Translations under genes and position numbers: made by a program
The notes under the pieces: generated by a model
What the model was told of the DNA's origin: nothing
The model's database searches: none
What the model saw: only the letters and a program-made list of their open reading frames with translations
Source: a virus
Taxonomy: Duplodnaviria; Caudoviricetes
Virus record (IMG/VR): IMGVR_UViG_3300042905_000912
Location: 1-25,175 of that record
Length of the DNA: 25,175 nt
Strand: one strand, 5' to 3'
Shown here: piece by piece, positions 7,498-14,086 of the stretch
How positions within the stretch are numbered: the stretch's first letter is position 1
Layout of the letters: the number at the start of each line of letters is the position of its first letter

Positions 7498-8708
7498 CAG
7501 ATTCTCCTTCGAGTTGTTGGTACGGGTGCAGGCAATAAGAAAGACACAGCAGTCACAGCGACGACAGCACGTCGTGCGCCTACTGAGATCGTCGAGCCAT
7601 CAGGAACGTACGTATCGAACTGTCCACTGAATACGTTGATCGTCTCCTCGAACTGTTGCTTCACTTCAGCGGGTGCGTCTGAGAGTGCTTCTGCGATCTG
7701 TTCTGCCTGCTCATCGGTCAGTTCTGTGTCTGCGATGCTTGCGATCAGTTCTTCTGTCTGCGTGTCTGTTAGGTCTGCAAGATCATCTGTCGTCAACTCT
7801 TGAAGATAAGTGACGATCTCTTCTGCGTCTGCTTCTTCAGGCAGGCTTTCAACGATCGTTGATTCAGTGACAGGCGCACTCTCTGTTGGGGCAGTAGTAG
7901 GCACTGTCGTCGTTCCATTTGTGGAATCTGGTGTCGTTGTGCTCGTCGAAGTTGATGACGTGCTTGTCGTCGTCGGTACTGTCGTCGAAGTTGAAGACGT
8001 TGTTGATGTGGTCTGTGAGATCGGTGATGGTTGCGTGCCATTCGAGAGCGTTGTTGTAGGCAATTCGACTTGGGTCGTCGTCGTAGATACTTCTGCTGGT
8101 AGCGATGTCGTCACCTCTGTCGTCGTTGTTTGTATAACTGTCGTTGTAGTGGCCGGCTCTGTTGTCGTCGTTGTTGTAGCAGGTTCAGTTGTCGTCGTCG
8201 TTGTAGTTGTCGTACTCGAAGTCGTTGTCGTTGTAGCAGGCTCTGTTGTTGTTGTTGAAGTTGTCGTCGTTGTTTCAGGTTCTGTCGTCGTGCTGACTTC
8301 AGTTGTCGTCGTTGAATCACTTTGTGATTCATTGAACGTCAACTCGTACTGAACATTCCATACAACACCATCTCGCCATACATCAGGTTCGTAACAACAC
8401 GTCGACGCTCGAAGACGATACGAACCAGCAGACAGCATGAGATCAATCTTCGACTGTAAGCCCACGTAGTCGTCGTTCGTGACGATCAGTTCGTTGTCAC
8501 TGTTGTACAACCACAGTTGCGGGTCAGACGGAAGATCGCCTGATTGATATGTCTGTGCCAAAAACTGTGTTGACTCTGCGAACTCGAAGTTGAAGTCTGT
8601 CGGTGCAGTGATCACAAGTCTTGAGTCTGCGTGTGCTGGTTGAACCCATGCAAGCAAGAGACCTGCATACAGCAGAACTCGACTCAGTGTTGTAAAGACT
8701 CTTCTCAT
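7497..8708 (-). CDS. Secreted/surface Thr-rich (mucin-like) protein with an N-terminal PPC-like beta domain
   Basis: Signal peptide ending AHA-D; DPQLWLY...NDDY.GL.S...L.AG.Y.L PPC-like pattern; long Thr/Ser/Pro stalk; acidic helical domain; hydrophobic C-terminus followed by RRR. Confidence 0.75.
   Translation of the reverse strand: MRRVFTTLSRVLLYAGLLLAWVQPAHADSRLVITAPTDFNFEFAESTQFLAQTYQSGDLPSDPQLWLYNSDNELIVTNDDYVGLQSKIDLMLSAGSYRLRASTCCYEPDVWRDGVVWNVQYELTFNESQSDSTTTTEVSTTTEPETTTTTSTTTTEPATTTTTSSTTTTTTTTTEPATTTTTTEPATTTTVIQTTTTEVTTSLPAEVSTTTTQVELPTTTLSNGTQPSPISQTTSTTSSTSTTVPTTTSTSSTSTSTTTPDSTNGTTTVPTTAPTESAPVTESTIVESLPEEADAEEIVTYLQELTTDDLADLTDTQTEELIASIADTELTDEQAEQIAEALSDAPAEVKQQFEETINVFSGQFDTYVPDGSTISVGARRAVVAVTAVSFLLPAPVPTTRRRI
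7860..8315 (-). repeat. Low-complexity coding repeats (TTTTEPA/TTTT)
   Basis: Runs of gtc/gtt on the plus strand encode Thr tracts on the minus strand. Confidence 0.8.
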
Positions 8709-8759
8709 GATCTCTCGCAGTGAGGCGACAGAGCGCACGAAGGCATCACAAGGATATCA

Positions 8760-8812
8760 CTGTGATCTGCTCTGTGATCTGCTCACTGTGCGTGCGTCGA
8801 TGCTGTGCGTGC
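8760..8812. repeat. Short intergenic direct repeats
   Basis: CTGTGATCTGCT in tandem (8760-8771, 8772-8783); CTGTGCGTGC twice (8786-8795, 8803-8812). Confidence 0.6.
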
Positions 8813-8862
8813 TGTCAATCTGACGCTGTGTTAGCCTGAGGCCGGTAGGTTTTGTGGCGCAA

Positions 8863-8945
8863 AAGTGCTGGTCAGAGACATATTTTGCAGAATCTTCTCG
8901 AATATGTCGCACGTTGTACAAGCACGTGTATATGCTGAAGATATG
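8863..8945 (+). promoter_or_regulatory. Conserved phage promoter, copy 1 (leaderless)
   Basis: -35-like TCGCAC 8907-8912; 18-nt spacer containing TTGTACAA 8914-8921; -10 TATGCT 8931-8936; ATG at 8943. Confidence 0.7.
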
Positions 8946-9296
8946 AACAACACACTCAACTACCACAGCAACTACAACTCAGCAGTCTTCGCACCCGCAC
9001 AGACGGGCGTGCTCACCGCTCTCGTCCCGCAAAAGCGTGGTGATGACTACTCAATCCGCATCAACGCAACAAACGTCGAGACGCTCGCTGACGGGTCGAT
9101 CTCATACACAGAAGTCGTACTCGTCGAAGTTTCACGTGGCGAATACGAACCTCGCTTGTCGATCAGCAAAGTAGTCAAGTCTGAACTCGTGACTGCTTAC
9201 AACTGGAAGTTCGCTTCTGTTCTTGCAGACGCTGATCTCTCGATCAACTTCGTTCGTCGTCAAGATTCGACATCGACGATCAGCGAGTGCAACTGA
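8943..9296 (+). CDS. Hypothetical protein (leaderless start)
   Basis: MNNTLNYHSNY...; the ATG is 6 nt after the -10. Confidence 0.65.
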   Translation: MNNTLNYHSNYNSAVFAPAQTGVLTALVPQKRGDDYSIRINATNVETLADGSISYTEVVLVEVSRGEYEPRLSISKVVKSELVTAYNWKFASVLADADLSINFVRRQDSTSTISECN

Positions 9297-9337
9297 TCAT
9301 GAACTCCACAACCAACACAACAACACAGGAGACAGCC

Positions 9338-9538
9338 GTGAAATACGCAATCAAACTCACAAGCACACGAACAAGGAAGATCAAGTTCCTTCACTCGCAT
9401 CGATCAGGGTTGCGAGCACGCATCACCACCACGTCAGAGTTCGCCAACGCTCGCAAGTTTGCAACTGAGGCTGACGCACAAGAGTTCATCAACAAGAACG
9501 CATACAACTTCGGATACAAGTTCGAGGTCGCATCGTGA
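9338..9538 (+). CDS. Hypothetical basic protein (alternative in-frame ATG at 9299)
   Basis: AGGAG RBS before the GTG; ARKFATEADAQEF motif. Confidence 0.6.
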   Translation: MKYAIKLTSTRTRKIKFLHSHRSGLRARITTTSEFANARKFATEADAQEFINKNAYNFGYKFEVAS

Positions 9539-9576
9539 ACACCACAACCAACACAACAACAAACAGGAGAAACATC

Positions 9577-9789
9577 ATGAGCAAGCGTTACTACAAAGAG
9601 TTCATCGATTGGAGAGAAGTCACTGAGTGGGCTGTCGTCGATAGCAAGCGTCGAGTCACCGACTTCAACGTTTACTGTGAAGACGAGAGTCATGCAGACG
9701 CACTCGTCAAAGAATTGAACCGTCGTGGCTACGAGATCGGTGAGTTCCACGCAATCATGATCGCTAACGACTTGAAGGTGAAGTCATGA
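9577..9789 (+). CDS. Hypothetical protein, apparent paralog of 9786-10055 (alternative in-frame GTG at 9535)
   Basis: AGGAG RBS; ATGA coupling to the next gene. Confidence 0.65.
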   Translation: MSKRYYKEFIDWREVTEWAVVDSKRRVTDFNVYCEDESHADALVKELNRRGYEIGEFHAIMIANDLKVKS

Positions 9790-10055
9790 GCGGCGATCGC
9801 TACTTCGCAGAGAGCGTCGAGCACTTCAACGAACGCACTGGCGAATGGTCAGAGCAATGGCTCGTCAGCGACGATCAACGCTTCGGCATCAGTGGTCGCA
9901 CGTTCGAGTGGTTGTTCGAGATCAAGTGCGTCAACAAAGAGCACGCACTCAGAGTCGCTCAAGCGTTGAACAAAGACTTCAACGGAGAACACGTCTCACA
10001 AGAAGACGCTCGTGAACTTGCAAGCGATCTTCGACCGAGCAAGTTGTTCAAGTGA
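9786..10055 (+). CDS. Hypothetical protein, apparent paralog of 9577-9789
   Basis: Coupled overlaps on both sides; shared RY..E, W.V.D and C....HA.....LN pattern. Confidence 0.65.
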   Translation: MSGDRYFAESVEHFNERTGEWSEQWLVSDDQRFGISGRTFEWLFEIKCVNKEHALRVAQALNKDFNGEHVSQEDARELASDLRPSKLFK

Positions 10056-10249
10056 TGTCTCGTTACTACTACGACATCGATGTCGTTCTTGAATCTGTAC
10101 GCAACGCAGTTGGCTTGACTGAGTTCGCTATCAGTGACGAAGACTGGCAGACGTGCGCTGAGATACACGCTGAACTTGCTGAACTGTTCTCAACACTTGA
10201 ACGTCGACGAGTTGTGCGAATGAACAACGTGTATTCTGATCAGTCATGA
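10055..10249 (+). CDS. Hypothetical protein
   Basis: TGATG/GTGA coupling upstream and ATGA coupling downstream. Confidence 0.55.
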   Translation: MSRYYYDIDVVLESVRNAVGLTEFAISDEDWQTCAEIHAELAELFSTLERRRVVRMNNVYSDQS

Positions 10250-10734
10250 GACCTGCGAACTTTGTTGATTGGGCAGAAGGCGAAGACTGTGCTGATGCGT
10301 TCAAGAACGCTCACGTCTGTGCTCGTCTGATGCACAGAGTCGGCGGCTTTGACGCACCGATCTTGCGTAAGCGATCATTCATCGAACTTGAAGTACCGTC
10401 TGACATCGTTGACGAACGGGGACTCGAACGACTCTGCTTGACTGTGCTCGCATACGTTCAGCGTGAACGACTCGAAGACGGGTCAGTCGTTCTCGATCTT
10501 GAAGGTCTTGCTGAACTTGTCGAAGACGACGACGAGAATCTTCGTTGCTCTGTGAATCGAGAGTCTGAATGGTTCTCTCTGATCGACTTTGCGTATCTGA
10601 TGCACGTCATCGGTGTCGATGCTGTCGATTCTTTGTTGCGTCAGTACGTTGACATCAACGGGCCTTGTCTTGCTGTTCGAGCGAGCGACTCGAAGTGGCT
10701 CTTCTTCGGTCTCGTCACGTCTCAGCACGACTGA
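10246..10734 (+). CDS. Hypothetical phage protein
   Basis: 162 aa, ATGA coupled; C-terminal GPCLAV...WLFFG. Confidence 0.6.
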   Translation: MRPANFVDWAEGEDCADAFKNAHVCARLMHRVGGFDAPILRKRSFIELEVPSDIVDERGLERLCLTVLAYVQRERLEDGSVVLDLEGLAELVEDDDENLRCSVNRESEWFSLIDFAYLMHVIGVDAVDSLLRQYVDINGPCLAVRASDSKWLFFGLVTSQHD

Positions 10735-10752
10735 TCTCAGATCGCTTTCAGT

Positions 10753-10803
10753 CGCACGAGGTTGCGTTCTGAGCGGTTCTGTCTGCTTATCTGAGTCTTT
10801 GTG
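10753..10803 (+). repeat. Left arm of an imperfect inverted repeat (partner 11854-11904)
   Basis: CGCACGAGGTTGCGTTCTGAGCG matches the reverse complement of 11882-11904 at 22 of 23 positions; ungapped extension ends in a shared TCTTTGTG. Confidence 0.8.
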
Positions 10804-10855
10804 TCGTCTGCTTTGTGCTGTTCGTCTGTGCTCGTTCTGTGTTGTCTGAGTACAT

Positions 10856-10937
10856 AAGTGCTGGTCACAGATATATTTGGTCGAATCTTCAGGATATGTC
10901 GTTGCTTGTACAACTGTGGGTATATGCTGAAGACATG
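10856..10937 (+). promoter_or_regulatory. Conserved phage promoter, copy 2 (leaderless)
   Basis: AAGTGCTGGTCA..., TTGTACAA 10906-10913, -10 TATGCT 10923-10928, ATG at 10935; aligns with copy 1. Confidence 0.7.
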
Positions 10938-11765
10938 AACAACACCACGAACACCAACCTCACGACCATGACACCAGCACAGATCGACGAACTCTTGCTC
11001 GAACTGATGCGTGAAGAATCAAGCAATTCAATCGATCTCACTTATGCGATGTACAAAGCGACAGACTTGCATTGGTCAACTGATACCAGCGCAAGCGTTG
11101 TCATCTCATGCACAGTTCGTCGAGAGAACCGCTACGAAGATTCAGTGAAGTTCTTTGCTCTTCGCTCTGACTTCGATGCCGCACCTGAGACCACGACTGA
11201 ATACCCGAACGGTCACGTCTCAGTCGGCAAGCGTGACTCGAATCGTTACTTGTTGAGCGACGCAGTTGCTTACCTTGCAGACAAGCAGATCAACGATGTC
11301 GATGCGGTCAAGATCGTTGCAAGTCAAGACACAACTGTCGACGGGCTTGCTGTCAAAGCAATCGTCGAGCGCAACGCTGAGATCAAGAACTTGATCAAAG
11401 CAATCGACGCAGAGTTCAACGCTCGCGGCGGTTGGTCACGTTACTTCCTCGTCACTTCGAGCACAGGTCATATTCACTCATCGCAGTCTTGTCACTCATG
11501 CAACAAGGGCAAGTACGCAACGTCGTTCGCTCTCGTTTACGCAATGAGCGACCTGAACGCTGAAGTCGCAGTCGAGTTGCTCGGCCCGTCACTCTGCTCA
11601 ATCTGCTTCCCGAACGCACCCGTCGAAATGACAGAGCAGTCAAAGATCAGCGCATCGCTTGCGAGCGTGTACTTCGACAAGGGTCATGACGCTTTCGTCG
11701 CCGCAAAGAAGATCGCTGAAGAGAAAGCCGCAAAGCGTGCCGCCAAGAAAGCAGTCGCCTGCTGA
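10935..11765 (+). CDS. Actinophage-type hypothetical protein with a putative C-terminal Zn-binding domain
   Basis: WSRYFLV...GHIH...CHSC...LCSICFPNAP; has its own promoter and terminator. Confidence 0.75.
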   Translation: MNNTTNTNLTTMTPAQIDELLLELMREESSNSIDLTYAMYKATDLHWSTDTSASVVISCTVRRENRYEDSVKFFALRSDFDAAPETTTEYPNGHVSVGKRDSNRYLLSDAVAYLADKQINDVDAVKIVASQDTTVDGLAVKAIVERNAEIKNLIKAIDAEFNARGGWSRYFLVTSSTGHIHSSQSCHSCNKGKYATSFALVYAMSDLNAEVAVELLGPSLCSICFPNAPVEMTEQSKISASLASVYFDKGHDAFVAAKKIAEEKAAKRAAKKAVAC

Positions 11766-11790
11766 TCTTGAGCGACATACTCAAGCACTT

Positions 11791-11822
11791 GACCCGCTCG
11801 CTTGAGCGGGTCTTTTGCTTTG
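11791..11822 (+). terminator. Rho-independent terminator
   Basis: GACCCGCTC-GCTT-GAGCGGGTC (9-bp stem) followed by TTTTGCTTTT. Confidence 0.9.
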
Positions 11823-11853
11823 TGCGCTCTGTGACGCTCTGACGATCTTGACT

Positions 11854-11904
11854 CACAAAGAGTCGTGATCGAACTCAGAGTCGCTCAGAACGAAACCTCG
11901 TGCG
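11854..11904 (-). repeat. Right arm of an imperfect inverted repeat (partner 10753-10803)
   Basis: CACAAAGA...CGCTCAGAACGAAACCTCGTGCG. Confidence 0.8.
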
Positions 11905-11907
11905 CTC

Positions 11908-13734
11908 TCAGACAAGCACAGACTCAGGCAGATCAGCACTCATTCGACGTGCAGAACCACCGATCGAGTAGCCACGTAACTTGCCTTCTTTGACAAGATT
12001 CCACGACCACTCTTCCCAAACAACACCCATGAACGGGGTGTTCGCAGGGAACTGATACTTCGTCACGCCTTGATTCGGAACTGTCAAGTCTGCTTCGACA
12101 GCGAACGGCACAGTCATGATCTCAACCATCTCACCTGCGGGCTTGTCAGAGTGCTGAAGATAGATCGTGCGATCGCCTGATCGAACCCAATCCCACAAAG
12201 CCTTCTGCAACGTGTCTTCGTCAGTGAACTCACCGTGAGCATCTTCGACACCGGGTACGTACCAAGGTCCGAGCGTGTATCTCTGCTCGTTCGCTTTCGC
12301 AACGATGCCTGCTGACTTGTCGACGAGCAGTGCGATCTTCTCTTCGCTTGTGATCTCGTACGGTCGTGCGTGACCTCGATCTTCCATCTCGTCTTCGAGT
12401 AGATCGTGAAGACTCTTCAACGCTTGAGAAACAGTCGACACTTCGTGACACTTGTTGTGCCATGACACAAGATCGTTCAACGATGCCTGTACCAACTTGG
12501 TGCTTCTGAACCGTTCGATCTGTGCGAGTCGTTGATCTGCTTGATCACGTTCTGCGTAGCAACCGAACGAGCGACCTGTCTCGCTGAGTACGCAGAATTG
12601 ACCGCCGACTTCTTGAACGACTCGCTGAACCATACTGCGAGTCCCACTACCGTCGCTAACAGGTTCACTGACAGAATCACTTTCAGAACTTTCATCAGAC
12701 GTTTCATTGTTGTGCGAATCTCCCCCGTAAACGATCATCTCTGCTTCGTGAATCAATGCCATGACCATCGCACGCAAGTCTGCACGTGACGTGTTCAAGA
12801 GTCCAATATAGGCGTGAGTCAAGCACTCGACAGGGTTGTCGTAGTGCATATTCTTCTTCATGTTCTCAGGCATCATGTCTTCGACGTACATCTCTCGAAC
12901 TGCTGTGATGACTTCCATGATCTTCACAAGAAGTTTGTCGGTCTTTGGCCCCATCTTGACTGCGGCACTGTAAGCCTCAAGAAGACTGTCGAGCGGGTCG
13001 TATCCGTCGCTGTCGTCGTCTTTCATCTCGTACCCGTACATCTTGTCTGCGTCCATTGTTTGTTCCAAGTTCTTTCGTGTTGATAGCGGGTGTCCCTCAG
13101 GCAGAATATCTGTGTCGAACGCACCGCTCTTGTACCTGCCTGTGCGTACTGCGAAGAGAAAGGCGTTCACTCGTGCGTACGCCCACTGATCTGAACTCGT
13201 GACAGTCGGTCTGACGCTCGACGGGTTCGTGTTGTATGCGCCAACACCACGCTCGAAGACTCGTTCAAGCATTGAAAGAGTGACACGCTTGCTTTGAGTA
13301 TTCCCGAACTTCTCGTTGTGCTCGTCGACTTTGCGCTTCAATGCTGTCGAGACAGTCGCTGACACTTCTTTCTCGATCTGCTTCGACAGTTCGCCTTCTG
13401 CGATGAGTTGATCACGCTTGCGTTCTGCCCACAGTCTTGCTCGATCACGCTGTGCGCTACTGATGTCTCCACCCCATAAGAGCCACGCAACTTGACCTGC
13501 TGTCGGTCTGTCTTTCGTACCGTCGAGATATGCGCCAGCGTCAGGTGAACTCAGATCAGATTCGTGTCGTGCAAACCAAGCCGCCATGCGACGCACTTTC
13601 TCTGCTGTGATCGAGCCTGATGCCATGCTTCGAGCGTCACGAACTGTCTGTGCTTTGAGACCGTCGCCTGCGTATTCAAGCAACTTGAGTCCACGCTTTG
13701 CGTTGCTTGAGACGAACGAAGGGACTGCGACCAT
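11908..13734 (-). CDS. Multidomain prohead protein with a C-terminal XkdF-like serine protease domain (Peptidase_S78_2-like)
   Basis: C-terminal EQRYTLGPWYVP..EDAHGE..., LQH and W.LVKEGKLRGYSIGG; about 480 aa of extra N-terminal domains; TAATCT -10 lies 6 nt before the ATG. Confidence 0.8.
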   Translation of the reverse strand: MVAVPSFVSSNAKRGLKLLEYAGDGLKAQTVRDARSMASGSITAEKVRRMAAWFARHESDLSSPDAGAYLDGTKDRPTAGQVAWLLWGGDISSAQRDRARLWAERKRDQLIAEGELSKQIEKEVSATVSTALKRKVDEHNEKFGNTQSKRVTLSMLERVFERGVGAYNTNPSSVRPTVTSSDQWAYARVNAFLFAVRTGRYKSGAFDTDILPEGHPLSTRKNLEQTMDADKMYGYEMKDDDSDGYDPLDSLLEAYSAAVKMGPKTDKLLVKIMEVITAVREMYVEDMMPENMKKNMHYDNPVECLTHAYIGLLNTSRADLRAMVMALIHEAEMIVYGGDSHNNETSDESSESDSVSEPVSDGSGTRSMVQRVVQEVGGQFCVLSETGRSFGCYAERDQADQRLAQIERFRSTKLVQASLNDLVSWHNKCHEVSTVSQALKSLHDLLEDEMEDRGHARPYEITSEEKIALLVDKSAGIVAKANEQRYTLGPWYVPGVEDAHGEFTDEDTLQKALWDWVRSGDRTIYLQHSDKPAGEMVEIMTVPFAVEADLTVPNQGVTKYQFPANTPFMGVVWEEWSWNLVKEGKLRGYSIGGSARRMSADLPESVLV

Positions 13735-13774
13735 GCCTGCAGATTAGTTGATCATCACTGATCTACACAGCAGG

Positions 13775-14086
13775 TCAGTTGACAGTGTTGGGAAGAGTTC
13801 GTACTGCAACAGGAAGATTCAAGTCTTGAACTGTGAGAGTGACTTCAACTTTAGGGTCGTCGACTAAGAAGATGAAGTATTGAAGACTCGCAAGTGCTTG
13901 ATGAATTACATCAGATGAATCAAAGACAAGTGCTTGATCAGGTAACGCAATCACGAGTTCGTTGCGTTGCTTTGTTTGCATGAAGAACTTGACATCTGAA
14001 AGCAAAGTCGGGTCAAGGTATGGTTCTGCAACGTAAGCAGTACGACCGTTGATCTTAATTGTCCACATCATGTTGTTCTGTTTCAT
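13775..14086 (-). CDS. Hypothetical protein, candidate immunity partner of the MuF effector
   Basis: 103 aa; the ATG abuts the MuF stop (TAAATG). Confidence 0.5.
   Translation of the reverse strand: MKQNNMMWTIKINGRTAYVAEPYLDPTLLSDVKFFMQTKQRNELVIALPDQALVFDSSDVIHQALASLQYFIFLVDDPKVEVTLTVQDLNLPVAVRTLPNTVN

Noticed and set aside
7810-8352. 180-aa poly-Val ORF on the plus strand
   Set aside because: It is the antisense shadow of the Thr-rich stalk.
8865-8942. Similar N-terminal extensions (…VYAEDMNN) of the track ORFs 8865 and 10815
   Set aside because: The similarity comes from the duplicated promoter DNA. The true starts are probably ATG 8943 and ATG 10935.
10735-11912. TCTCAGA near both cassette ends as a target-site duplication
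   Set aside because: It is not symmetrically adjacent to the arms, and it is a common word in this sequence.
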